From contig JAHFJL010000001.1 of NCBI GenBank assembly GCA_023245855.1, positions 19,975 through 83,974 of the forward strand: 64,000 nucleotides of DNA, read 5' to 3'. The notes beneath the pieces were generated by a model. It searched no databases, was not told the DNA's origin, and worked only from the letters and a program-made list of their open reading frames with translations. Source of the DNA: a bacterium. Lineage in GTDB: Bacteria; Patescibacteriota; Gracilibacteria; Absconditabacterales; Absconditicoccaceae. Shown in pieces: positions 21,369 through 33,170 of this stretch (position 1 is the first letter of the stretch; each line of letters starts with the position of its first letter). The translations under genes and the position numbers were made by a program.

Positions 21369-23159
21369 TTATTCGTTTTCTCCTATGAACCCTCATGACT
21401 GGATATCTCGCAGTTTCTTGTATTGTCCGTCTTTCTTAGCCAGCAACTCCTTATGACTTCATTTCTCTATGATCTGCCCCTTATCCATCACGATAATCTT
21501 ATCCATCTTCATGATGGTCGATAATCTATGTGCAATCACGATAGCCGTTTTGTTTCTGAGGACCTCATCCATCGCTTCCTGTATAAGTTGTTCTGATTCT
21601 GAATCAAGTGATGATGTCGCTTCATCCATGACGAGGATATTCTTATTTTCTAAGATCGCTCTAGCGATAGCAACTCTCTGCCTCTCTCCTCAGCTCAGCT
21701 TGATCCCTCTTTCGCCGACCAATGTCTCATACCCGTCCTGGAAGCTCGTAATAAACCCATGACATCTCGCCATCTTGGAAGCGGCGATAATCTCTTCTTC
21801 GCTTGCATCAGGCTTACCGTAGGCGATATTTTCTCTGAGCGTACGATGGAAGAGAATCGGATCTTGCGGCACCATAGAGATATGTGATCTCAACGACTCT
21901 TGCGTAACCTCAGCAATATCCTGGTTATCAATTATTATCTTTCCTCATTGAATATCAAATAATCTAAACAGAAGTTTTACGATGGTTGTCTTTCCTCCTC
22001 ATGATTGACCTACTATCGCGACCTTTTCTCCGGGTTTGATTCTTAAGGATAATCATGTGAAGACATCTTTATTCGCTAGATATTGGAAGTTTACGTTTTG
22101 AAACTCGATCCTTCCCTCTCTAACAATCAGCTTCTTATCTGATCTATCTATAATCTCATGCGGTGTATCTAGGATCTCAAGCATCTCTGCTGATTCTCCG
22201 ATAGCTTTATTGAGCTGCTTCAAAATCTGTCTGATGCCGAAGAGTTGCTCGAATATTTTGAAGATATATACCTGGATCAAAATAATGACGCCCGCCGAGA
22301 TTGCTCATCTCCCTCGTGATTGGATCGCTAAATAGATTGCTGAGATTTCAAATATCAATATCAGTATCGAACTTCAAAAGAACATCCGTTCTCCTCTCAT
22401 CCGTTTCACTTTCGTCAAACGTTCCCGTTCTTTTACTACACCGCCAAATCTTTTGATCTCTCTCGGCAATGATGCGAAAGTGATGATATTAAAATTATTG
22501 GTGATCGTATCAGATAGCTCTCCTGTCAATTTTGAATCCTGGATATTAGATTTTATTTCGTATGCGGTATTTCGCTTGAAGAAGAAATATTGCAGGACTG
22601 AAAATATGATAATGAATGCTAGAAATACTAGTCCTATCCTCGTATCTTTTCTTATCACTACAACGACTATAAATGGCAGATATAGTACTGTCTTCATGAT
22701 ATTAAAGATAAAATTATCGATGATGTTTTCATATGAGAATACTAATTTATTCAATTTCTTTACCAGCGATCCAGAAAAATTGTTGGTAAAAAATCTAAAT
22801 GAATGCTTATGCAGATAAGCGAACGTCTGCTCGAAAATCTTTCTCATGACTTTCGGTTCTAAACTCACTAGACCAAATCCTATCATCCTCCATGCGCTAA
22901 TATTGATAATTTCTAAGATGGTCATAGCAACCAAAATTCACATCAATAGCGGCACTAATTCGGCTCTGGTTTTTGTGGTCATCTGTACGATATCTATAAT
23001 CTTGGTGTAATAGATAGGTAAAAGCAATCCCGTTCATGAAGCAAAAATGATTCCTGCTAAAGCTATAAAAAACGGCCATCTATTGGTCATCGTCATTTTC
23101 CAAAAATACGAAATCACTCTTCGTGTTCATATCTGGGTATTCTTGTTTTCGTGTATCAT
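21369..23159 (-). CDS. ABC exporter, fused permease/ATPase (MsbA-like)
   Basis: Walker A GQSGGGKTT (the first central Gly is TGA at 21999-22001). Signature [14 protein letters not shown] (first Gly is TGA). Walker [14 protein letters not shown]-loop [10 protein letters not shown]. Six-TM N-terminal half. Fragments 21690-21893, 22053-22280 and 22374-22934 share one frame. Alternative start at 23096. Confidence 0.9.
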
Positions 23160-23414
23160 AATAATAATTGCATAAAAAATAAAAAGCTACGGAATGTCTT
23201 GTTCCATAGCTTGATATCATGAGGTGAATATTTTTTACTTGGTAAGCATAAAATCTTTCTCCTGTAAGCATCAAGCTACGGTCGAATCTGGTTGGGCAAC
23301 TACAAACAACATCACTGTTTTCATCGTATTTAGAGGAGAAATAAAAAAGGGGTGGCTACTCATATATACGAACGAGTAGACATTTTGTGACAGGAGGAAA
23401 TATTCCAATCGTTA

Positions 23415-23930
23415 TTATTTGTTTAATAAGAGATCGCTATATGAGACAGAAATCAAATCCTCTTGCGGTATTTTGAATAGATCAAGATATATTTTACATT
23501 GTTCCAAAAGTTTCTGTTTTGCTAGAGTTCCATCGCTGTCGATTGCTTCGATCTCTATGAACGTTCCTAAGTCTGCAACCGTATCGATATGAAATTTTAC
23601 GTTGTCGATGAAATAGATCTCTCTCTTTTTGTCGATGACTACTAATATCCCTAACGCTTTCGTTAATATCTCTTTCAAAGAAGAACTAGGATCTGATTTG
23701 AATAATATTACGTCTGATTGTTTCGGACCTTCCTTATTTTCTCTTTGGTAGTGGATCAAATAATTCTCTATCTTTCATTCTCTGAGTTTCAGTCTTCAGA
23801 AATGTACGTTGAAATACGTATCGATCTGATGATCTATGCCTTTAAAATCAGCGTGGTGTGCCTGCAATATCTGTCTCACCTGATCTTGCTTGTTTGATCT
23901 CGCTTTGATCTCGATGTTTAGATGTTCCAT
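23415..23930 (-). CDS. CYTH-domain protein / class IV adenylate cyclase (CyaB-like)
   Basis: MEHLNIEIKARS...QIDTYF...GRLKLRE...FIEIEAID. Track ORF 23415-23759 extended upstream through two TGA codons. Confidence 0.75.
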
Positions 23931-24027
23931 GCCAGAGTTTTTTTTAAACTAAAGATTTTCATGTCATCTCTTTTGGGATAGCGATCCCCATGCATTTCAA
24001 AACAGTCGGAGCTATATTGACGAGGGA

Positions 24028-25470
24028 TCAAGTTTTTTTGATGGCTTGCACTTTCCCGTGGACGATATATCGGCATGGGACAGGGTTCATCGTGTGTGCG
24101 GTGATCGGTGCTTCAGGTGTGCCTTCGTCGTCGCTGTTTCCGTGGTCTGCAGTGATGAGCAATTGGATGTTGTTGGTGTCACAATATTTTATGATGTCGC
24201 CGATGATTTCATCGAGCGTTTGGATAGCTTTAACTACTGCCGGCATTTTACCGGTGTGACCTACCATATCTCCGTTGGCGAAATTGACTACAGTGAAATC
24301 GAATTCTTTTGCATGCTCTAAAAACTGGCTGCAGATTTCTGGAGCTGACATCGCAGGATCGAGATCATAGGTCGCTACTTTATGGGAAGGGACTAAGATA
24401 TCCTTTTCTCCATCAAACACGATCTGTCTATCTCCGTTGAAGAATTTCGTAACGTGAGCGAATTTTTCCGTCTCTGCGAGATGGAGTTGACGAAGCTCAT
24501 TATGTGAAATCACTTCAGATAAAATATTTTTTATTTTCGTTTCTTTGATAAATACCGGTCATTCATATTCTTTGAAATACTTGGTCATCGCTACAAAATA
24601 CACGTCGTTCAACCTCTTGAGCGTAAAATGTTTGTTTCGCATCGGATACTGTTCAGCGTTTTTTTTGTCCATAGAAACCATAAGCGCTTGTGCCATCTGT
24701 CTCGCCCTATCGGATCTGAAGTTGAGAAAAAATACGGTGTCGCCGTCCTCTACCTGGTCCGCACCTACAAAACTCACTGAAGGAAGGAATTCGTCCGTGA
24801 TCAGTTTTTCGTATTGTTTCGCAATATACGCGCTTGGGGTGTCGCTGGTCTGGAGCTGACCGAATACTATCTCATCATACGATTTCTGGGTTCTTTCTCG
24901 GTTATTGTCCCTATCCATGCCATAGTATCTTCATGAGAGACTTGAGATTTTGACGTTAGGAAATTTTTTGAGGAATATCTCGAATTTGTTCATCAAAGCA
25001 AGCATGCTGTTGGGAGCGAGATCTCTTCCGTCGCCAAACAGATGAAGCGAGACATTGATATTTTTGGGGATGATTGCAATGATTTTTTGGAGATGGGAAT
25101 CCATCGCATGCACGCCTCCCGGCCCGAAAAGCTGGATCAGATGCAATATAGAACTATTTTCTTTGCAGTGTGCGATCCCTGCTTTAAATTCCGGTAATTT
25201 AGCGAATGATCAGCTATCGAGCATATCATCGATCTCTACAAGATTTTGTTTTATGATTCTTCCTGCACCGATAGTCGTATGTCCGACTTCCGAGTTTCCC
25301 ATCTGAGCTGCAGGCAAACCTACCGCTTTTCCTGAGGCTTCGAGCGAAGCATACGGTTGTTTGAATAATTTTTTGAATATCGGAGAATCCGCCTGAGTGA
25401 TCCCATTTTGTTTGGGTGTCTTCGTGTTTATGCCAAATCCGTCGAGGATGATCAGAGCGAGTTTTTTCAT
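24028..25470 (-). CDS. gpmI: 2,3-bisphosphoglycerate-independent phosphoglycerate mutase
   Basis: MKKLALIILDGFG...MGNSEVGHTTIGAGR...ITADHGNSD... Four track fragments (24028-24513, 24559-24918, 24931-25146, 25210-25470) share one frame joined by TGA. Confidence 0.92.
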
Positions 25471-25657
25471 AGGGATGCGGAATATGTATAAAGTGCAAAG
25501 TATAAGTTATATACTAGTTATTTCCTAGGGAAATTCAATGATTAAAAACTGGATCTCTATTATCGTTTTATAAACATTTTTTCAATCATATATTTTAATT
25601 ATAACCACTTGTTGTAATAAGTCTACTACACATATATTATATACTAATTATATTTAC

Positions 25658-25691
25658 TTGACTTTTATATACTATAATATATAAATATATT
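25658..25691 (+). promoter_or_regulatory. Sigma70-like promoter candidate
   Basis: TTGACT (25658-25663), N16, then TATAAA, about 190 nt upstream of ATG 25883. Confidence 0.3.
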
Positions 25692-25882
25692 ACAAAAAAA
25701 ACAAAAAAATAAACCTAAAAAAAATATGTATGGATCCTTAAAAATTCTATAGGTTATGGTGATTACCCCAAAAAAATCACATGAGGTTTCTGATAGATAA
25801 CCAAGAAAAACAACATTTTATCCTACTTGTGGCGTTGATAAACCACAAATAGTAATGTATCAAAATAAAACAAAAACAAATT

Positions 25883-28207
25883 ATGATAACAATTATTTTA
25901 ACTTATGCGATACCTATCATTATAGGTATTGTGGTAGTATTTATACTATCAAAATTCTTCGTTAATGTCGGAGCTGATCAATTAGCTACCGTAGAAAGAC
26001 GATACCTCGGCAAAGAAATGTCCGATGGTCGTACTGTGGCTTTGCCCGGTGAAGTTGGTATCCAAGCAAAAATTTTGGGTCCTGGTCTTCACTTTCTGAT
26101 ACCTTTTTTACAGGTAGCTAAAAAATACAAATATCTGGTTATTAATGATGATGAAATTGGAGAAGTGGAAGCAATCACTGGAGCATCAATCCCTAGTGGA
26201 GAATTTATGGCTGCTCATGTAGAATGCAACACGTTCCAAGATGGAGAAGAATTTTTGAAAAACGGTGGACAGAAAGGTCCTCAGATTGCAATTATTCCTC
26301 CGGGAGAACACAGAATCAATCCACATCTTTTTAATGTAAGTATCAAAAAAGCTACTACAGTAGCACAAAATGAAATTGCAACTGTTGAAGCAATTGCTGG
26401 AAAACCGATTGAACCAGGAAAGATTATGGCACAAACCGTAGAGTCTGATTTATTTACTGATGGTGTATTGTTTTTGAAAAACGGTGGACAAAAAGGTCCA
26501 CAGGTACAGATCCTTACCCCTGGTATGTATCGTATCAATACCTATCTTTTTAGAGTGAGAATATCTCCGGTAACCGTAGTCGATGGTGGACATATCTGTA
26601 TGGTAACTGCTATGGACGGTGCTCAAATACCTGACGGCAGATTACTTGCTGATAAGGTTGACGGACATTCCAATTTTGAAAAAGGTGAAGAGTTTTTGAA
26701 AAACGGTGGTCAGAAAGGTCGTCAGATTCAACATTTGATGCCTGGTACTTATCGTATCAATACTACATTATTTCAAATCAGTGAACCACAAAAATGGATT
26801 CAGATTGCAAATGATGAAGTTGGTATTGTAACAATTCTTGAAGGTAAGGCAATTACTGATCCTACTAAGATCGCTGCTGAAGAAATTCCTTTAGAAAAAC
26901 ATCAAAACTTTCAGAATACTGATGAATTTATCAAAGCAGGTGGACAAAAAGGTCTTCAGATTCCTGTACTTAGAGCCGGTGCTTATGCCATCAATCCTTG
27001 GTTCGCTAAAGTTGACTCTCAAAAAATGGTCGAAATAGCGATAGGAGAATGTGGTGTAGTAACCAACTTTGTTGGAGATGAAGGTGAAGATACTTCAGAA
27101 GAAACAGTAAATGCTAAGATTGTTCAAAACGGCAAAAAAGGGATCTGGAAAGATCCATTAGGTCCTGGAAAACATGCGTTAAACTTACAAATCTGCAAAG
27201 TAGATAAAATACCTACAACACAGATTTTGTTGAGTTGGGCAGATGATGAATCCAGCGCACACAAATTTGATGCAGGTTTGAAAACGATTGTTTTACGTAC
27301 TGCAGATGCATTTAATGTCAGTATGGATGTGAGAGTTATTATCCATATCGCTATGAAGGATGCACCGAAAGTTGTTGCTAACCTTGGTTCAGTAACCAAC
27401 ATGATCTCTCAGGTTTTAGAACCAGCAATTAGTTCACATTTCAGGAATGCTGCACAATCCGTAGAAGCGCTTAAATTGTATACTAATCGTTCTGAACTGC
27501 AGGAAAAAGCGAAAGCACACATTCAGATGGTATTGAAAGCTCATCATATTGAGTCCAAAGATACTATGATTGCTGATATTCTCTTACCGGAAAAATTAAC
27601 TAAACCGGTTACTGATCGTCAGATTGCTGAGCAGGAAAAGAAAACTTTTGATACACAAAGAGAAGCCCAAGAAGGACGTAACAAACTTGAAAATGCTACT
27701 GCACAAGCAGATATGCAAAAAGATGTGGTTATCTCTGAACGAGGAGTAGATATCTCAAAAAACCTTGCTAATTCTAAAATCAAAGAAGCTGAAGGTGCGG
27801 CCGAAGCTACTAAAATCAAAGCTGCTGCTGATGCTACGAATCAAGAAGTTATTGCAGCAGCAAATGCTAAAGCCACCAAACTCAATGCTGAAGCAGATGC
27901 AGAAAAAATTACAAAAGTAGGTAATGCTGATGCCGCGATTATCCTTGCAAAAGGTAAATCCACAGCTGAAGCATATAAGCTTTCTGTAGAAGCAATGGGC
28001 AAAGATTATGCTAAGCTGAAAATGATTGAGTCTATAGTAGCAGGAAAAGTTAAACTAGTACCGGACAATATCATCGTAGGTGGTGGTGAACATGGTGGAA
28101 ATATGATTGAAAATTTTATGGGCATATCCATGTTGGAAAAAGTGACCGGCAAAAAATTCAATGAGATTACTTCTGGAGCTGACACCGAAGAAGAAAAAAA
28201 ACAATAG
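25883..28207 (+). CDS. SPFH/flotillin-like membrane protein with tandem N-terminal repeats
   Basis: N-terminal TM segment, then 4-5 copies of a ~74-aa module (EFLKNGGQKGPQ....PG.YRIN..LF). This is followed by an SPFH-like core and an Ala/Lys/Glu-rich coiled-coil typical of flotillins. 774 codons with no TGA. Confidence 0.65.
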   Translation: MITIILTYAIPIIIGIVVVFILSKFFVNVGADQLATVERRYLGKEMSDGRTVALPGEVGIQAKILGPGLHFLIPFLQVAKKYKYLVINDDEIGEVEAITGASIPSGEFMAAHVECNTFQDGEEFLKNGGQKGPQIAIIPPGEHRINPHLFNVSIKKATTVAQNEIATVEAIAGKPIEPGKIMAQTVESDLFTDGVLFLKNGGQKGPQVQILTPGMYRINTYLFRVRISPVTVVDGGHICMVTAMDGAQIPDGRLLADKVDGHSNFEKGEEFLKNGGQKGRQIQHLMPGTYRINTTLFQISEPQKWIQIANDEVGIVTILEGKAITDPTKIAAEEIPLEKHQNFQNTDEFIKAGGQKGLQIPVLRAGAYAINPWFAKVDSQKMVEIAIGECGVVTNFVGDEGEDTSEETVNAKIVQNGKKGIWKDPLGPGKHALNLQICKVDKIPTTQILLSWADDESSAHKFDAGLKTIVLRTADAFNVSMDVRVIIHIAMKDAPKVVANLGSVTNMISQVLEPAISSHFRNAAQSVEALKLYTNRSELQEKAKAHIQMVLKAHHIESKDTMIADILLPEKLTKPVTDRQIAEQEKKTFDTQREAQEGRNKLENATAQADMQKDVVISERGVDISKNLANSKIKEAEGAAEATKIKAAADATNQEVIAAANAKATKLNAEADAEKITKVGNADAAIILAKGKSTAEAYKLSVEAMGKDYAKLKMIESIVAGKVKLVPDNIIVGGGEHGGNMIENFMGISMLEKVTGKKFNEITSGADTEEEKKQ

Positions 28208-28224
28208 CAAATAAGAAAACAAGT

Positions 28225-28253
28225 AAGGCGCTGTATTTCAGCGCCTTTTTTTT
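28225..28253 (+). terminator. Rho-independent terminator
   Basis: Stem aaggcgc / gcgcctt followed by a T-run. Confidence 0.7.
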
Positions 28254-28355
28254 ATGCAAAAAATTTGATTTTTTTATATGAAAGGGATATAATTGAGATG
28301 TACTCCTCATGCTCTTATTGGGATATCCTTTTATACAAGAAAAATCTCTACTCAT

Positions 28356-29507
28356 ATGAATAAAAATCCTAAAAAAAACATCATATCTTCCTGACAGGAA
28401 AATATCGGCGATATTCCAGATATTCTGCGTACCGATATTTTGCATGTGCTCGATCGACATCATATTCTTGAAAAAGATATCCAATCAAATTTTGCATATA
28501 TCGATGACAAGTTATCACTATTTTCAAATCTGAAAGAAAATTTTGATACTATTCCTCATCTCAAGACTCTCCTTTCCCTCTATATGATCATCTATAGGAA
28601 GTGCAATGATCATGATAGGGATATATTAAAAAAAATGATCAAGAAACACCTCATATCTGCAGGTGTATATAATAACCAACAAATATTGGAATTCTGCTTA
28701 TTGATCTCAGAAAGAAAACGTTCATTTGTAGATTGTCCGTCACATGTATCAGATGAAGATCTTGGAAAATATTATTTCAAAAAATACAAAAATAACGAAA
28801 AACGAGCTTCTAAAGATTTTCGTTTTTATCTCAAAAAAACACATAGTTATCAAACGGATAATAATCGCAAAATAGAAGAAGTGATTTTGTATATGATTTC
28901 ACAAAGCCGTTGAAATTTAGCTGGAGTTATCCCTTCACCAGACCCTGGCATCATCACTACAATCAACGATGCGGAGACATATTTTCAGAATTCTTTCTTG
29001 TCTCTATTCAAAAAAAACGCTCCTTTATCTCTCCGTTCTGTTACCCGTATAACTGATGAACTTACTGAACATGCTGATCGTATCAGTGGACACACTTTTA
29101 TCAATCAATGAAATTTTTATCGCAATAGAGATGAGTTTGTGCATCTTGTAATCCATGAAGGAATGCATCTCTGTTTTGATGGATTTGATACCACTATGAT
29201 CGAGGAATGACTTATCGAATATTATATCCAGAAAATGTATTTTCAATATCCATCCGATAAATTCTCGTACAGACCTATATCAGCAACATATGCCGAATGG
29301 AAAAATTATTTTTCTATGATATTTAAATCATTTCCTAAATTAGAAGACTGTTTTACAAAATATTTTTTGACTGGAGATATGAGTGACTTGAAAAAATATA
29401 TTGCTGTACATCTCTCTGATGAAGCAATTCATAAGATTGAAAATGAGCAATATTTGAGATGATTATCTGATTTTCTCCAATCATTGAAAAAATTAGCAGA
29501 AGTATAA
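28356..29507 (+). CDS. Hypothetical protein with HExxH motif (383 aa)
   Basis: ATG 28356. Track ORFs 28440-28913 and 29235-29462 share one frame joined via TGA, and I checked the gap for stops. VIHEGMHLCFDG suggests a zinc metallopeptidase-like site. Confidence 0.55.
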
Positions 29508-29540
29508 ATCTCGCTCTTTGCGCTCTATCCATAAAATAAA

Positions 29541-29783
29541 TTATATTCCCTTATATACATCACCCCTGACATCTATTTTCTTTATCACTCAAATATTCCC
29601 TTCTTGAGTAAATATTATCCTAAATTTTCACTTTCTGATTCTTCGCAGTCATGAAGTTCATTGCAAAGGAGACATATCATATCCTGACACACGGAGTGCT
29701 ATAATATCTTGGACTATATGCAGCAATATCACTCTCATATTCGCCGGCATCGCATCTATTTTCTTTTGTCGGGCTTTGGTCAT
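29541..29783 (-). CDS. RelE/ParE-family toxin
   Basis: MTKARQKKIDAMP...LQGTSGLRRIRKGKFRIIFTQEGNIGVIKKIDVRGDVYKGI shows the typical (Y/F)RIR.G.(Y/F)RII...R..VY pattern. Overlaps the upstream antitoxin by 28 nt. Confidence 0.7.
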
Positions 29784-30019
29784 TGTTTTGAAGTACGTGC
29801 TAAATATTCTACGAAATCTTTCTGGTCGATGTGTTCCTTATCAAAATCAAAGAGCTTATTCCATTTTTCGAATTGCGAAATATCTACAAGCACGGCAACA
29901 GGTTTATTATTTATGAATACGTATTTTTCATGGCGTCATAATCCTGCAAGACATTCTTTGGTTTTGAATCTTAAGTCAGTGATGGATACACATTGTTTTG
30001 CTAGCATTACGATTTTCAT
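29756..30019 (-). CDS. Phd/YefM-family antitoxin
   Basis: MKIVMLAKQCVSITDLRFKTKECLAGLGRHEKYVFINNKPVAVLVDISQFEKW is Phd/YefM-like. Sits directly upstream of the RelE-like gene. Confidence 0.65.
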
Positions 30020-30104
30020 AGAAAATAAATATAACGAATTTATATATAAATTCGTAACGAATACAAATAATAATTTGAAATTTATAATTTATAATTTTAA
30101 AATG

Positions 30105-30449
30105 CTAGTATGTCTTCACTTTTTTGGCTATAGTATTGAAAATATACATTATTTCTTTTGCTTCGTTTATTAATTCCTGAAGTTCTGGTGAATATATTTT
30201 CAAAACACTTTGTAATAATTCCAACCAATAAAATGTTTCTTTCGCTTCTTTTTTGCAAATATGTATTTTGTTTGCAAAATCTTTTTTACCATTAGCTCAA
30301 TTTGCTTCATGGTAATTTGCTCCAATACTTGTCCCTGATCTCAATACCTGATCAATAATATTTCTATTAATATACTCAATACGATTGTCTCTTATATATA
30401 AGAGCAATCTTTTACTGAAATCCAAAAGTCTTCTTTCCAAATCATACAT
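30105..30449 (-). CDS. Four-helix-bundle protein (23S rRNA intervening-sequence protein family)
   Basis: ...QVLRSGTSIGANYHEANGANGKKDFANKIHICKKEAKETFYWLELL is the family signature. Confidence 0.75.
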
Positions 30450-30529
30450 GTGTCTAACTTATACAACTAAAATACTTGATGACGTTTTCAAATTGTAAAT
30501 TTCAAATTCAAAATTTAAAATTAATGTAG

Positions 30530-32074
30530 TTATTCCGCTTCCACGAACATCGTCTTGCTTCTATACTGCATCGCTTCAGCGAGATGATTGATTGTCACCG
30601 TTTCCTGGCCTTGGATGTCGGCGATGGTCCTTGCAAGCTTAATCGTACGATGAACGATTCTCGTAGATAAGGTCAATTTTCTCGCCGCTTCCGCCAAAAA
30701 GTTTTTGCAAGGTTCGTCGAGAGGGATCAGTTCGTCGATATGCTGTGATGTGATCTGCGAGTTGGATGTGATGTTCAGTCAGATAAATCTTTTTTGTTGG
30801 ATCCTCCATGCAGAAACGACTTTTTCTCTGATGCTTTCAGAGCTCTCTCATTTGATGTTGTCGAGAATCCTATCGATATTCTCTCTCGGGATTTCAAGCA
30901 CCATATCTATCCTATCGAGCAACGGTCATGAAATTTTCGCTTGATAACGCTTGATATCCATATACGAGCAGCCACAATTCTTTTCTGGATCTTTGTAATA
31001 TCCACAGATACAAGGATTCATCGCCGCTACGAACATGAAATTTGCCGGATACTGGATGGTGCCTGAGACGCGGGAAATCACAACGCTTTTGTCTTCGAGC
31101 GGTTGGCGCAGTACCTCAAGCACTTCGCGTGGAAATTCTGTCAGCTCGTCAAAAAACAGGATTCATTTGTGTGCGAGCGAAATCTCTCACGGCGTCAAAC
31201 GCGCTCCCCCTCAAGTAATAGAGATTTTAGAAGCGGTATGATGCACCTGACGGAACGGTCTCTTGGTGATCAATGGCGTCTCTTTACTCAGCTTTCCGAC
31301 GATGGAATACACTTGTGAAACTTCCAGGATCTCCTCGAATCCCAGTGGCGGCAGGATGCTCGGCAACGCTTTGCTCAGCAATGTCTTTCCGCTTCATGGC
31401 GCTCCTACCATGATGATATTATGTAGTCCCGCTGCTGCGATACTCAATGCTCTCTTCGCCAACAGCTGTCATTTGATATGTGCGAAATCCACCTCATGTG
31501 TGTTGTTTTTTTGGTAGAGATGCTCGATATCTTTTGCTTGGTCGATAGACGAGAACGCTTTGCCGGAGACGAAATACTCTACGATCTGTTGAAATGTTTT
31601 GAGCGGATAGACCGTTATGCCGGGCACGTATTCCAGCTCGTACACGTTCTCTTCCGGCACGAAAAAATGTTTGTATCCGTTCGTCATCGCGCTGATGACA
31701 CAGGGTAACAACCCGTTCACTCTCTTGATATTTCCGTCGAGTCACAGCTCTCCAAAAAAAAGGAACTCGTCCGTCTGGAGCGAAATTTTCTCTTCATAGA
31801 TCAGCAATAAAATCGCGACCGCCATCGGCAAATCGAAGCTCGTCCCGACTTTTTTGATGTCGGAAGGCGAGAGATTGAGCACAATCTTTCTCTTGGGGAG
31901 CTCGATGTTGACATTGCGGAACGTCGCTCTCAAACGCTCTTTTGATTCTTTGATGGCGGTGTCAGGCAGCCCGACAATCTCGATGGTGGGCAGCGATTTG
32001 CTGGAGTCCGCTTCGACTATAATCTCGTGGCCTTCGAGTCCCACATTGGCATACGTCTTCACTTTTCGGATCAT
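30530..32074 (-). CDS. comM: YifB/ComM-family Mg-chelatase-like AAA+ ATPase
   Basis: N-terminus [24 protein letters not shown]...[11 protein letters not shown]. Walker region in the middle. C-terminus ...[11 protein letters not shown]...[16 protein letters not shown]. Fragments 30926-31123, 31469-31720 and 31742-32074 are in frame, and I hand-translated the 3' end to TAA at 30532-30530. Confidence 0.88.
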
Positions 32075-32143
32075 GATATTTCAACTAACAACTAAAAGTT
32101 AATAACTAACAGTGATGGAATTTTTTTATCTAAAAAACAATAA

Positions 32144-32938
32144 TTATTTTAATTTTTTCTGGTTGTTTATCCTTTTCTTTGCCTCTTTTATATGTTCTGC
32201 TGCAAGTAATTTTTCTGGCATAGTGCCCCCAATTTCTTGGATTGTTTTTCTTACTTTTTTTCCAACCTCAAAATGAGTCAGACTTGCTTTATCCTGTCAT
32301 CTGATTCATTCTCTTTTGATCTTTGATTCTGTCTGAGTCGCACGAAACAGATTTGCTGCCATCTCTTCGCTTCAGATATGGTCAAATAAGTTTTTCCCTT
32401 GCAATCATTTCATCTCCTGGATCTGTTTCACTCTTATACCATACAATCATACATATCCTGCATCATTGAAATTGGCATAATCATTCACTCCAGCCTTCTT
32501 GGCTGTACTCATCAATTTTTTATTGTGTGTTTTCATCTCTTCTCTCAGATACATCCTTTTACTATCTTCTATATACTGATCCTGTACTTCCTGCTTCCTT
32601 GTCTGAAAAGCAAAATAATTTTGTCCAAGTGCAACTATCTCTTTTGCAGGATCGGCGTTCTGTACGATAAGATAACATGCATAACGAGATAGAGCATAGC
32701 TTGGTAATGATCTCTGGCTTCATAAGCCAACTTCTACCATCTCGTTGATATCACCGAAATGGTAAGATACCGCATTACCACTGTTTTTACACGCTTCCTT
32801 CGCTTTGTCGATTACATTGATAAAATTACGATAATCTGAATACTCGAGAATCCTGGCTAACTCACGAGCTTTCCAATACTCTTGACGGTATTTGTTCATG
32901 TGTTTATACGCGTCAAACGTCTTTAATGTCATATTCAT
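32144..32938 (-). CDS. dinD: DNA-damage-inducible protein D
   Basis: Close motif-by-motif resemblance to E. coli DinD: LSRYACYLIVQNADPAK, YFAFQTRKQE, GYVGLYG (the central Gly is TGA), AANLFRATQTE, IQEIGGTMPE. Confidence 0.85.
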
Positions 32939-33111
32939 GGTAGTATGATAAAGGATAAAAAAATATACTTCATCCTTTTTTTTCTCCTCACAACAAAAAA
33001 AAGATGCTAAAAGTTGAGCATCTCATTCCATAGGCTTGCATATAAATTTTGGCAACAGCTGAATTGTAAAAATTTTATTGAGGATTGCAAGTGGACATAT
33101 CTTACAATCAA

Positions 33112-33140
33112 CAAAAAAACTCTCCGAAAAACACGGAGAG
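33112..33140 (-). terminator. Rho-independent terminator (minus strand)
   Basis: Stem ctctccg / cggagag with a 7-nt loop; A7 on the plus strand gives a U-run on the minus strand. Lies downstream of 33171-33860. Confidence 0.7.
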
Positions 33141-33170
33141 CACTATCTGGTTTCGATACCCAGCAACTTA

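Noticed and set aside
22897-23274. Two 60-64-aa minus-strand ORFs at the 5' end of the ABC exporter
   Set aside because: They are out of frame with the exporter. The in-frame code-25 reading gives a normal N-terminal TM segment ([25 protein letters not shown]).
23350-23385. Hairpin ctactc-N12-gagtag as the terminator of the CYTH gene
   Set aside because: The U-run on the minus strand begins 7 nt after the stem, and the stem is only 6 bp. This is too weak to call.
29709-30173. 154-aa plus-strand ORF
   Set aside because: It is antisense to the Phd/RelE pair and the four-helix-bundle gene, all three of which have clear family motifs on the minus strand.
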